A stretch of 64,000 nt of DNA, taken from NCBI GenBank assembly GCA_041671365.1, contig JBAZBP010000003.1, positions 34,017 to 98,016 on the forward strand, given 5' to 3'. The notes under the pieces are model-generated. The model had not been told where the DNA came from, ran no database searches, and worked only from the letters and a program-made list of their open reading frames with translations. Both the position numbers and the translations under genes were made by a program. The stretch is from Patescibacteria group bacterium. GTDB taxonomy: Bacteria > Patescibacteriota > Patescibacteriia > Patescibacteriales > UBA12465. Numbering within the stretch: the first letter of the stretch is position 1; every line of letters begins with the position of its first letter. Of this stretch, positions 43,558-53,173 are shown one piece after another.

Positions 43558-43571
43558 ATTTTAGATTTGAA

Positions 43572-43685
43572 GTAATTCGAAATTATATTTTAGAGAGCGA
43601 TTGTTTTTTTCGTAGAGCAAAAATGAATTTTAATTCATTTTTGCCCCAGAAAATAACTAGCGAACAAAATATAATTTCGAATTAC
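43572..43685 (+). repeat. Hairpin element copy C (114 nt), a diverged member of the family
   Basis: A perfect 20-bp basal helix GTAATTCGAAATTATATTTT / AAAATATAATTTCGAATTAC. The core is GAGCGATTGTTTTTTTCGTAGAGCAAAAATGAAT TTTA ATTCATTTTTGCCCCAGAAAATAACTAGCGAAC. Confidence 0.5.
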
Positions 43686-43696
43686 CGGTCAACCAT

Positions 43697-44092
43697 ATGT
43701 GTATTTTTTGTAAAATCATTGCCGGAGAGATTCCGGCCTATAAGGTTTACGAAGATGATTCTGTTTTAGCTTTTTTGGATATTCAGCCGGTCAATCCGGG
43801 GCATGTTTTAGTTGTTTCTAAAAAACATTATAAGAACTTAGAAGAGATACCCGAAGATGATTTAAAAATTTTAATTGTGGCCGTTAAAACAATCGGTCGT
43901 CTGTTGAAAGATAAATTAGGGATAGACGGCTATAACGCCTCGACTAACAATGATCCGGCGGCCGGACAGATTATTCCGCATATTCATTTTCATGTTATTC
44001 CGCGTCACGCCGGCGATGGCCACGAATCTTGGTCGCGCGGCGAATATGCTCCAGGAGAACCAGAAGAGATAGTTAAAAAATTATTATCCTAA
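43697..44092 (+). CDS. HIT family (histidine triad) nucleotide-binding protein
   Basis: CIFCKII...AFLDIQPVNPGHVLVV...IPHIHFHVIPR (the HxHxHxx motif). Confidence 0.9.
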   Translation: MCIFCKIIAGEIPAYKVYEDDSVLAFLDIQPVNPGHVLVVSKKHYKNLEEIPEDDLKILIVAVKTIGRLLKDKLGIDGYNASTNNDPAAGQIIPHIHFHVIPRHAGDGHESWSRGEYAPGEPEEIVKKLLS

Positions 44093-44095
44093 ATT

Positions 44096-45061
44096 ATGAA
44101 ATTACTCGTTACCGGCGGGGCCGGTTTTATCGGCTCTAACTTTATTCATTATTGGTTAAAAAATTATCCGACCGATTCTGTAATCAATCTCGATCTTTTA
44201 ACTTATGCCGGTAATTTAGAAAATCTAAAAGATATTGAAAACCAGACGAACTATAAGTTTGTGAAAGGTGATATCTGCGATGCCGCTTTGGTCAATGAGC
44301 TAGTTACGGAGGTTGATTTAATCGTTCACTTTGCGGCCGAAAGCCACGTTGATCGTTCCATTAAAAACAGTGCTGATTTTATTAAAACTAACGTGGAGGG
44401 AACGCGCGTTCTTTTAGAGGCGGCTAAAAATAATAGTGGTTTACGCTTTCATCATATTTCCACCGATGAAGTTTTCGGCGCCCTGGAGTTTGATACTTTA
44501 AAATTTTCTGAAACCAGTTCTTATAATCCACATTCGCCTTACAGCGCCTCGAAAGCCGCTTCCGATCATTTAGTTCGAGCCTACTTCCATACCTATGGTT
44601 TACCAATAACAATTTCTAATTGTTCTAATAATTATGGGCCGTATCAATATCCGGAGAAATTAATTCCTTTATTTATTACGAATTTATTGGAAGGAAAGAC
44701 AGTCCCGATCTATGGACGCGGGGAGAATATCCGCGATTGGATTCAGGTTGATGACCATAATCGCGGCGTTGATTTAATTATTAAAAAAGGAAGGATTGGA
44801 GAAACTTATTGCCTGGGCGGTAATAATGAAACCAGTAATTTAGAACTTACCAAATTGATTTTAGAGTTGATGGGACAGCCGACGACTAAGATGGAATATG
44901 TGGCCGATCGCCTCGGGCATGATCGTCGTTATGCTATTGATTATACCAAGGCGCAGACAGAATTGAGTTGGCAGCCGCAGATTAATTTTTTAGACGGTTT
45001 AAAGAATACTATCAAGTGGTACCAGGATAATGAAGCCTGGTGGAAAAAAATAAAAAAATAA
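44096..45061 (+). CDS. rfbB: dTDP-glucose 4,6-dehydratase
   Basis: LVTGGAGFIGSNF, HFAAESHVDRS, YSASKAASDHLV (the YxxxK motif) and GHDRRYAID are the full RmlB pattern. Confidence 0.92.
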   Translation: MKLLVTGGAGFIGSNFIHYWLKNYPTDSVINLDLLTYAGNLENLKDIENQTNYKFVKGDICDAALVNELVTEVDLIVHFAAESHVDRSIKNSADFIKTNVEGTRVLLEAAKNNSGLRFHHISTDEVFGALEFDTLKFSETSSYNPHSPYSASKAASDHLVRAYFHTYGLPITISNCSNNYGPYQYPEKLIPLFITNLLEGKTVPIYGRGENIRDWIQVDDHNRGVDLIIKKGRIGETYCLGGNNETSNLELTKLILELMGQPTTKMEYVADRLGHDRRYAIDYTKAQTELSWQPQINFLDGLKNTIKWYQDNEAWWKKIKK

Positions 45062-45100
45062 ATTCTCCTCCGCTAGACAACGGCAGGCGTAATAAATAAT

Positions 45101-45517
45101 ATGAAACAGAAAAAAATTTTTATCATTGAAGACGATGCCGATATTTTATACGGCCTAGAGTCGCAATTTGCCGCCGGCGAATTTACGGTGGAGGTCAGTT
45201 CCGGCGATGAAGAATTGGAGGAACTAATGGATCGTCTGCATGATTTTGCCCCCGCTTATATTGTTTTAGATTTAATTTTGCCGAAAGTGGATGGTTTTGA
45301 AATTATTAAGAAAATTAAAGCCGACGATGAGTTAGGCGATAAACAGATTTTTATTTTTACCGATTTGAGCGATGAGGACGGTCGTAGCCGCAGCTTAGAA
45401 TTAGGAGCGGATTATGTTTTTTTCAAAGAAGAATTTGATACTTTTGAATTCGCGGAAAAAGTAAAAAAAATTGTGGCTAATCAAGACAAGGTTAAGGACA
45501 ACGAGGAGATTGACTAA
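45101..45517 (+). CDS. Single-domain response regulator (CheY-like receiver only)
   Basis: IIEDD (acidic pocket), VLDLILPKVDG (phospho-acceptor Asp), FIFTDLS (conserved Thr) and FFKEE (conserved Lys). There is no output domain. Confidence 0.8.
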   Translation: MKQKKIFIIEDDADILYGLESQFAAGEFTVEVSSGDEELEELMDRLHDFAPAYIVLDLILPKVDGFEIIKKIKADDELGDKQIFIFTDLSDEDGRSRSLELGADYVFFKEEFDTFEFAEKVKKIVANQDKVKDNEEID

Positions 45518-45565
45518 TGATTGGCAAAATACTAAGATAGACTAGTCTTTAATAAGGTTATTTTT

Positions 45566-46573
45566 ATGTTTATTAAACGAATCGGGATCGATCTCGGAAC
45601 AACTTATACTTTAATTTACGTGCCAAAACGCGGAATTGTTATTAATGAACCAAGCGTGGTAGCGGTATCCGTTGATGACCAGAAAATATTGGCGGTGGGT
45701 AATGAAGCTAAAGACATGATTGGCCGAACGCCGGATACGATTACCGCCGTTCGTCCGTTGAAAGATGGAGTGATCGCCGATTATCGGGCGACGGAAGCGA
45801 TGATTCGTTATTTTATCAATAAAACTTTAGGCGGTGTTAGATTATTTCGTCCGGAAGTAATGGTGGCTGTTCCGGCCGGAATTTCTTCGACCGAGCGTCG
45901 AGCGGTAATCGAGGCGACAATCGCGGCCGGAGCTAAAGCGGCTTATATCATTAAGGAGCCGGTAGCCGCGGCCATTGGTGCCGATATTCCCATCGGTTCG
46001 GCGACCGGCCACATGGTGATTGATATCGGCGGGGGAACGGCGGAAATGGCGGTTATTTCTTTAGGCGGAATTGTGGCCTCAACTTCAGTCCGAGTTGGCG
46101 GTAATAAGTTCGATGCCGCGATTTTAGAATTTGTCCGTAAAAAATATAATTTAGCTATTGGTGAGCGGACAGCCGAAGAAATAAAAATTAATATCGGCTC
46201 GGCTTTGTATATTGAGGATAAATTATATATGGAAGTTCGTGGTCGAGATATTGTGACCGGTTTGCCGCGTAGTATTACCGTTTCCAGCGATGATGTGACC
46301 GAAGCGATTCAAAACGAATTAGAAGCGATTATTTCAGTCGCTAAAAAAGTTTTGCAGAAAACGCCGCCGGAACTGTCGGCCGATATTATGGACAAGGGCA
46401 TTGTGTTGACGGGGGGAAGTTCTCTGCTGCGTAATATTGATCAATTGATTGCCAGAACAACCGGCGTATCGGCTTATGTCGCCGATGATGCGATGCTCTG
46501 CGTAGCCAAAGGAACGGGGATTGCTTTGGACAATTTAGATTCTTATAAACGCAGTATCCTGGCCACCAAATAA
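45566..46573 (+). CDS. mreB: Second MreB-like actin homologue
   Basis: IGIDLGTTYTLIY, EPSVVAV and DIGGGTAEMAVISLGG. It aligns end to end with the MreB at 39650..40690. Confidence 0.9.
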   Translation: MFIKRIGIDLGTTYTLIYVPKRGIVINEPSVVAVSVDDQKILAVGNEAKDMIGRTPDTITAVRPLKDGVIADYRATEAMIRYFINKTLGGVRLFRPEVMVAVPAGISSTERRAVIEATIAAGAKAAYIIKEPVAAAIGADIPIGSATGHMVIDIGGGTAEMAVISLGGIVASTSVRVGGNKFDAAILEFVRKKYNLAIGERTAEEIKINIGSALYIEDKLYMEVRGRDIVTGLPRSITVSSDDVTEAIQNELEAIISVAKKVLQKTPPELSADIMDKGIVLTGGSSLLRNIDQLIARTTGVSAYVADDAMLCVAKGTGIALDNLDSYKRSILATK

Positions 46574-46609
46574 TTAGCGGACTATTAAACAGTCGGCTTT
46601 TTTTATTAT

Positions 46610-47821
46610 ATGATTATTGGCATCGACGCTTCCCGCGCCAATCTACAACATAAAACTGGAACGGAGTGGTATTCCTTTTATCTGATTAAAAATTTAGCGG
46701 AAATTGATAAAGTTAATAAGTATTGGTTATATATCAATAAACCGCCGCGGTTAGAACTGGTTGAAGCAGTCAAAAATAACCCTAATTTCTCTTTTAAACT
46801 TTTAAATTGGCCCTTCCGTTATTTTTGGACTTTAGGGCGCTTGACCTTGGAAATGTTGTGGCGCCGTCCCGATGTTTTGTTTGTGCCGGCTCACGCCCTG
46901 CCTTTATTCGGGCCGCTTAAAACCGTTAATACTATTCATGATGTCGCTTTTTGGCATGAACATAATTTATATCGTTCTAATAAAATTAAAACGCCGAGAA
47001 GTTTATTAAATAGCTTAATAAATTTTTTTGTTAAAATTTTAACCCTGGGTCGTTATCGATCCGAGTCGGTTGACTATTTATATTGGTCAACCGCTTTTGC
47101 GTTGCATCATGCCAAAAAAATAATTACTGTTTCACAAGCGACCAAAACAGAAATTTTAAATATTTATTCGTCGACTAAACCTGCTAAAATTGAGGTTATC
47201 TCCAATGGTTATCCGGCTGATTCCTATCCGCCTTTAGATTCGGTAAAAAAAAATCCAGAAATTTTAGCTAAATACGATTTAACCGCCCCCTATTTTTTAT
47301 ATGTCGGTCGCTTAGAGAAAAAAAAGAATACCGCCGCTCTGGTTGAAGCCTTTGCTTTGCTAATGGAGAATCAACCGCAGATTAGCATTAATTTAGTTTT
47401 AGTCGGCGATGCCGGTTTTGGTTATGATGAAGTTAAATATATTATTCAAGAATTTAATTTAGAAAAAAAAGTTTTTTTACCAGGTTGGGTGAGCGAAGAA
47501 GATCTGCCTTATATTTTTAGCGCTGCCAGCGCCTTTATTTTTCCTTCCAAGTATGAAGGTTTTGGTATTCCGATTCTTCAGGCTTTGGCTTGCGGCGTGC
47601 CCACCGCTGTTTCCAACTTGTCGGTATTAAAGGAGGTGGCGGCCGGAGCTGTTTTATACTTTGATCAAAATGATAAATATTCGATCTACGAGTCCATGGT
47701 GAGAATTATTCAGGATGAACGTCTGCGGGAAGAATTAGTTGCTAAAGGAAAAGAGCGGGTTAAAGAATTTAGCTGGCGAAAGTGCGCGGCGGAAACCTTA
47801 AATGTTTTGGAAAATTTGTAA
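46610..47821 (+). CDS. Glycosyltransferase family 1 (GT4)
   Basis: [36 protein letters not shown]-like EX7E region, with a GT4-type N-terminal domain. Confidence 0.85.
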   Translation: [403 protein letters not shown]

Positions 47822-47881
47822 GCCATAAATTCGCGGCTTTTTTGGAAAAAACTTTGAACTGTGATACTATTAAGGTGTTGT

Positions 47882-49906
47882 ATGAATAAATTACTAACAT
47901 CTTTTTTTATATTTATATTACTGGCGGTCCCGTCGGTTTCAGCGGCCGTTAAGCCGAACGATTTTTATTATGGAAATCAGTGGTATTTGTCTAAAATTAA
48001 AGCGGACAGTGCCTGGGATATAATTTCTGCCAGTCCGAATATTATTGTGGCGGTAATTGATGGTCGGATTCAGATTAATCATCCGGATTTGCGTGACAAT
48101 ATTTGGGTTAACCATAAGGAGGCGGCTAATAATAAACTGGATGATGATCGTAATGGTTTTATTAATGATATTAGCGGTTGGGATTTTGTCGATAATAGTC
48201 CCGAGCCGTCAGTTCAGTTTGACTCTGGTTGGAATGAAGCCGGAGTGACGCACGGCACAATGATTGCCGGTATTATCGCCGCCAGCGGTAACAATGAACA
48301 GGGTGTATCCGGCGTTACTTGGAGGGCAAAGATTATGCCGCTTCGAGTTTTAAATGACCGAGGTGAAGGAAGGGTGAGCGATGTGGTGCGGGCGATTGAT
48401 TATGCTATTAATAACGGGGCGAATATTATTAATTTAAGTTTTGTGTCTTTTAATTATAGTGAAGCTTTACAGGAAGCAGTTAGCCGTGCTCATAAAGCGG
48501 GAGTAATTGTCGTGGCGGCCGCCGGCAATGAACAAGCGAGCGGTGCCGGTTACGATATCGATCAGACCCCGATTTATCCGGCTTGTTATGACGGGCCATT
48601 TGGCGAGAACATGGTTATCGGTGTGGCGGCTACAGACGCTCTTGATCAAAAAGCTAAATTTTCCAGTTATGGTTCACGCTGCGTGGATATCGCCGCCCCC
48701 GGTATAAGTTTCTTCAGTACCGTGACGGCCGGCGGAGATATTAACGATCCCGGGAAAATATATGACGGTTATTGGTCAGGAACTTCAATGGCCGCACCTT
48801 TAGTTTCGGCGACTCTAGCGTTGATTGAGGAAGTTAATCCGGAATTAAGTCCGCGGGAAGTTGTTAATATTTTATTTGCTTCCACGGATAATATCAGTCG
48901 TCTGAATCCGGATTATCCCGGAGAACTTGGTAATGGTCGTCTTAATGTTTTTAAAGCTGTCGCCATGGCTAAGGGAGAATTATATAGTCGTTCAGGGCGT
49001 TTAGTGTTAGCAACGGGCCAAGGCGTTAAAACCCCGAAATTAGCGGCGGCCAACGGCGATCTCGTTAGCTCATTGTCGGTTAGTACTTTTCCTAGCGGTT
49101 CTAATTTTGCCGCCGGAGATATTAATGACGATGGCTTAGAGGAGTTAGCGGTCGCATCCGGCCCGGGGCGGGAACCGCAGGTTAAAATTTTAAATTCCGC
49201 CGGCAAGTTGTTAAAACAATTTTTAGTATTTGATTCTAAATTTCGCGGTGGAGTTAATGTGGCGCTTAGCGATTTAAACGGCGACGGCCGGGCGGAAATT
49301 ATTGCGACGGCCGCCTCGAGCGGCAATGGCCAGGTTCGTATTTTTAATTCCCAGGGCAAGTTGTTAAAACAATTTTTAGTAGACAATAAAGCTTGGCGTG
49401 GCGGTTTAAGTTTGGCCGTCGGTGATTTGGACGGCCGAGGCCAGAAAGAAATTGTTGTCGGCTACGGCCAGGGGGCGGCGCCGATAGTGAAAATATTTAC
49501 GCCCGAAGGCCGCATATTAAGCTCTTTTTATGTTTATGAAAAAAAATTTCGGGGCGGGGTAAAAGTGGCCGTGGCCAATATCGATGGCCGCCGAGATTAT
49601 AATAAAGCGGAAATTATTGTCGCTCCGGGGCCAGGACGAGAATCGCAAATTAAGATTTTTGATAATCGGGCCGTTTTAAAAAAACAGTTTTTAGGTTTTC
49701 GTTCCAATTGGCAGGGCGGAGTTAATCTCACGGCCGGCGATATTAATAACGACGGAATCGGTGAAATTGTAGTCGGGGCGGCGGCGGGTGCGAGTCCCCA
49801 TGTTCGTATTTTTGATAACGAGGGGTTATTGTTAGAATCTTTTTACGCTTGGGAAGAAAGCTGGAGTGGCGGAGTGAATGTTGGTATAATAAATATAAAT
49901 AATTAA
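47882..49906 (+). CDS. Secreted subtilisin-like serine protease (S8) with C-terminal FG-GAP/VCBS-type repeats
   Basis: I prefer ATG 47882 (MNKLLTSFFIFILLAVPSVSA signal peptide) over the track GTG 47861. The catalytic triad contexts are AVIDGRI (Asp), THGTMIAGIIAA (His) and GTSMAAPLVSA (Ser). They are followed by at least 5 repeats of ..GD[IL]NxDGxxEI[IV]V...P.V+IF. Confidence 0.85.
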   Translation: MNKLLTSFFIFILLAVPSVSAAVKPNDFYYGNQWYLSKIKADSAWDIISASPNIIVAVIDGRIQINHPDLRDNIWVNHKEAANNKLDDDRNGFINDISGWDFVDNSPEPSVQFDSGWNEAGVTHGTMIAGIIAASGNNEQGVSGVTWRAKIMPLRVLNDRGEGRVSDVVRAIDYAINNGANIINLSFVSFNYSEALQEAVSRAHKAGVIVVAAAGNEQASGAGYDIDQTPIYPACYDGPFGENMVIGVAATDALDQKAKFSSYGSRCVDIAAPGISFFSTVTAGGDINDPGKIYDGYWSGTSMAAPLVSATLALIEEVNPELSPREVVNILFASTDNISRLNPDYPGELGNGRLNVFKAVAMAKGELYSRSGRLVLATGQGVKTPKLAAANGDLVSSLSVSTFPSGSNFAAGDINDDGLEELAVASGPGREPQVKILNSAGKLLKQFLVFDSKFRGGVNVALSDLNGDGRAEIIATAASSGNGQVRIFNSQGKLLKQFLVDNKAWRGGLSLAVGDLDGRGQKEIVVGYGQGAAPIVKIFTPEGRILSSFYVYEKKFRGGVKVAVANIDGRRDYNKAEIIVAPGPGRESQIKIFDNRAVLKKQFLGFRSNWQGGVNLTAGDINNDGIGEIVVGAAAGASPHVRIFDNEGLLLESFYAWEESWSGGVNVGIININN

Positions 49907-49930
49907 TTCGCCCGAGGCGAATACAAATAT

Positions 49931-50953
49931 ATGCCCAAACAAGTAATTTTTGATAAAAAAAATGTGCTCGTTGCCGGCGGAGCCGGCTTTATCGGATCGC
50001 ATTTATGCGATGAGCTTATAAAAACTAACAAGGTTATTTGTGTGGATAATTTTATTTCCGGCACCGAACGCAACATCGACCATTTGTTAGCCCATCCTGA
50101 TTTTGTCTTTATTAACCACGACTTGAATTTACCCCTAGACCTGGAAAGTATAGAAGATTTAAAGAAATTTAAAGTAGAATTTCAGGGCCTGCAGGAAATT
50201 TATAATTTAGCTTGCCCGATGTCGCCCAAAAATTTTTTAGCTAATCGCTTGTCAACGCTTTTAGCTAATTCCGTGGTTGTGAAAAATTTATTGGATTTGT
50301 CCGTTAAATATCAGGCTAAATTTTTACAGTTTTCTTCGGCAGTGGTTTACGGTCCGCGTAATAATGCTAATCCGGAATTAAAGTTTAAAGAAGACGAATT
50401 AGGTCTGGTTGATCAACTGTCGGAACGGTCGTCCTATGACGAGGGCAAACGTTTTTCCGAAACCGTGGTCGCTAACTATCGATCGATCTATAATATTGAT
50501 GCCAGAATAATCAGGCTATTCAGGGTATATGGGCCGCGCATGGCCGCCGGAGACGATCAGATAATCCCCGATTATATAAACAGCGCCCTGGAAAATAAAG
50601 ACATTGTTATTAATGGTGATGCTAATTTTTCTTCCTCTTTTTGCTATATTGACGATGTTATCGATGCTGTTTTTAAACTCATGAACTCTGAGTTGGCCGG
50701 TCCGGTTAATGTTGGTTCGGATGTGGATACTAATTTAACCGATTTAGTAAATTTAATTAAACAAGAGGCCAAAGCGCAGTCGAACATTGTTTATGCCGAT
50801 TCCAAATTATTTATCAGTGAGCTGATCCTGCCTGATATTAATTTAGCTAAAAATGAATTAGGCTGGATGCCGGTAGTTACTCTGAGTAACGGCTTAAAGA
50901 AAACTATTTTTGATTTGCAGGCCAATAAAAGATTGCAGGGCTTCGGATCTTAA
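49931..50953 (+). CDS. NAD-dependent epimerase/dehydratase (UDP-glucuronate decarboxylase-like SDR)
   Basis: VLVAGGAGFIGSHLCDEL (Rossmann GxxGxxG) and YDEGKRFSE (a YxxxK-type catalytic motif). Confidence 0.8.
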   Translation: MPKQVIFDKKNVLVAGGAGFIGSHLCDELIKTNKVICVDNFISGTERNIDHLLAHPDFVFINHDLNLPLDLESIEDLKKFKVEFQGLQEIYNLACPMSPKNFLANRLSTLLANSVVVKNLLDLSVKYQAKFLQFSSAVVYGPRNNANPELKFKEDELGLVDQLSERSSYDEGKRFSETVVANYRSIYNIDARIIRLFRVYGPRMAAGDDQIIPDYINSALENKDIVINGDANFSSSFCYIDDVIDAVFKLMNSELAGPVNVGSDVDTNLTDLVNLIKQEAKAQSNIVYADSKLFISELILPDINLAKNELGWMPVVTLSNGLKKTIFDLQANKRLQGFGS

Positions 50954-50960
50954 TTGGTGA

Positions 50961-52034
50961 TTATTTTTTTTGAGTTATTACTTTTTGTAATTTTTGTTTT
51001 AAGTCTTCTTCGTTACCCGGAGCAAACAAAAAATCTTTCGAGTCGCATATTTCCGGAATCCCGCCAATTTCTGCGGCGATGACCGGTAAATTTAAAGCGT
51101 GGGCTTCGTAAATTACCGTGGGCGAATTTTCATAGCAAAGAGACGGGACGATTAAATAATCGCTGATGGCCATTATTTTTTTAATATCTTCGGGATTTAG
51201 GCGTCCGCGTAATTCCAAGCGTCGGTCATTTTTAGCTATTTCTTGAGCCGCCGCCATTTTTTGTCCATCGCCGACGATTATTAAACTGATTGATTGGTCG
51301 TCTAATTTTTTAAAAATACTCATTAGCCATAAAATCCCTTTATGGCTTTCTATTTGTCCGACAAATAAGAATTTTTTAGGGGAAAAATCATCGTTTTTAT
51401 TTTTTGTCGGCTGGTCGCCGAGCGGTAGTGGAAAGTTGAAAAGTTTGACTTCTTTAAGGCTGTCGGGAAAGAAGCCGCGCCGCGTATGTTCGGTTAAAAG
51501 CCAATGAGACGGAGAAACAACTTTAAACGGCGAAGCGAACAAGAGACGAGTCAAAAATTGATAAATTTTCGCCGTCGCGCTGTTAATTTTTTGTTCTTGT
51601 CCGAAAAGTATTAAACCGGAAGGGTGAAGCAGCTGAACGTCATGTAAAACATGTTCATGGCGAATTTTTAATTGTCTAATCGCCAGAGGAATTAAAAATC
51701 CTAAACCCAGGAGATTATGGGTTATTACGAGATTGGGTTTGGTGTCAATCAATATTTTTTTAATTTTCTGATATTTTCGAAGGGAAAGGATATTGCTTAG
51801 ATGCCAAAAAAACCTAAAGGCAAAAGGAATTTTATTTAAATTATAGAAATATGATTCCAAATAATATATTTTTAATTTGTCCGTCGGCGAAGCGGCAATT
51901 TTTGATGGTTTAGTGGAAATTAAAAAAACTTCATGGCCGGCGGTCATAAATTCAGTAATCATTTTCTGGACTACCTGTTCGGCCCCGCCACGATTAAAGG
52001 GGAAATATAAATTATTGATCACCGCTATTTTCAT
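50961..52034 (-). CDS. Glycosyltransferase family 1 (GT4)
   Basis: The N-terminus NNLYFPFNRGGAEQV and the C-terminal PSLCYENSPTVIYEAHALNLPVIAAEIGGIPEI region. Confidence 0.75.
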   Translation of the reverse strand: MKIAVINNLYFPFNRGGAEQVVQKMITEFMTAGHEVFLISTKPSKIAASPTDKLKIYYLESYFYNLNKIPFAFRFFWHLSNILSLRKYQKIKKILIDTKPNLVITHNLLGLGFLIPLAIRQLKIRHEHVLHDVQLLHPSGLILFGQEQKINSATAKIYQFLTRLLFASPFKVVSPSHWLLTEHTRRGFFPDSLKEVKLFNFPLPLGDQPTKNKNDDFSPKKFLFVGQIESHKGILWLMSIFKKLDDQSISLIIVGDGQKMAAAQEIAKNDRRLELRGRLNPEDIKKIMAISDYLIVPSLCYENSPTVIYEAHALNLPVIAAEIGGIPEICDSKDFLFAPGNEEDLKQKLQKVITQKK

Positions 52035-52037
52035 AGA

Positions 52038-53171
52038 CTATTCATTAAATAATTTTTCCAAATTTTCTTTCATTTTATCTTTATCATATTTTCTGACGGC
52101 CAACTGTCTGGCGGCTAAAGCCATTTTTTGTCGTAAATCTTCGTGGTCGAGAATGAACTCTAGTTTATTTTTTAAATCGTTGACGCTTCCCGGAGTCACC
52201 AATAATCCTTCCTGCCAATTATTGAAAACCCGGCGAACCCCAGGCAAATCAGAAGCGATAACCGGTACCCCGCAAGCAAGCGCTTCGATCAAAACCAGGC
52301 CGAAAGCTTCGTTGTTATTAATTGACGGTAGCAGCAACAAGTCCGCTTCTTGATAAGAGCGAAGCAAATCAGCATCACTCATCTTTCCGACAAACCGTAT
52401 TTTTGCGGTTAACTGTAGTTCCTGGGTTAGTTTTTCGTATTCCTGGCGCTTTGAGCCGTCGCCGATAATAGTTAGGCGCCAATCCGAAGATTTGACGACC
52501 GCCAAAGCGTGCAGTAAAACATCTATTCCTTTAAAATAATGAGCCTGATCTAAACCGCCGACAAAAAGAAATTCCCGCCGATTTTTTTTAATGAATTTAT
52601 CATTAATGTAATGAACAATTTCTTGAGCGTAAGCAATAACTTTATTTTCAGCCAGTTGATGTAAATTTTTGGGTTTAAATTTGGTTAGATTCAGGCCGAA
52701 AGGAATTTCTTGGAATTTCTCGGGGTGAGCAAAATAATATTTTTTAATTTGGCTGTTTTTTATATAATCCAGACTGGCCGTAACGATAATTTCCGCTTGC
52801 TTTAATAAGGCGTGGCGCAAGCCTAAGCTCGGAAGACTTAAAATTTTAGTTATCAACCTCTGGCTTTTAACATCCATATGATAATGAATGATTAATTTTG
52901 GTTTATTTTTATGCAGTAATTTAAAGAGCCAGATTACTTCGCTGGTTCCGAAAAACGGGTAATGAAAATAAATATAATCAAATTTATTTAAACGCCAGAG
53001 CAGTTGCGGCAAAAAAGCACCGTGACCTTTTTTTAGCCAGGGGCTTAAAGTTGTCGGCGTAAAGTTGGTTACTTCGTGCTGTTCTCCCAGCAGTTGGCTG
53101 ATTTGATAAGCGCTATTGGCCATACCGCCGACATAAGGCGGCCAGGCGCAAACAACGGCAGCGATTTTCAT
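52038..53171 (-). CDS. Glycosyltransferase family 1 (GT4)
   Basis: PSINNNEAFGLVLIEALACGVPVIASDLPGVRRV is the EX7E region. Confidence 0.8.
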   Translation of the reverse strand: MKIAAVVCAWPPYVGGMANSAYQISQLLGEQHEVTNFTPTTLSPWLKKGHGAFLPQLLWRLNKFDYIYFHYPFFGTSEVIWLFKLLHKNKPKLIIHYHMDVKSQRLITKILSLPSLGLRHALLKQAEIIVTASLDYIKNSQIKKYYFAHPEKFQEIPFGLNLTKFKPKNLHQLAENKVIAYAQEIVHYINDKFIKKNRREFLFVGGLDQAHYFKGIDVLLHALAVVKSSDWRLTIIGDGSKRQEYEKLTQELQLTAKIRFVGKMSDADLLRSYQEADLLLLPSINNNEAFGLVLIEALACGVPVIASDLPGVRRVFNNWQEGLLVTPGSVNDLKNKLEFILDHEDLRQKMALAARQLAVRKYDKDKMKENLEKLFNE

Positions 53172-53173
53172 AA

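Noticed and set aside
46574-46609. Weak stem-loops followed by T-runs after mreB2 (46574..46609), after the GT4 gene (47822..47850) and after the methyltransferase (38344..38390), considered as terminators.
   Set aside because: The stems are only 4-6 bp with mismatches. That is too weak to call from sequence alone in AT-rich DNA.
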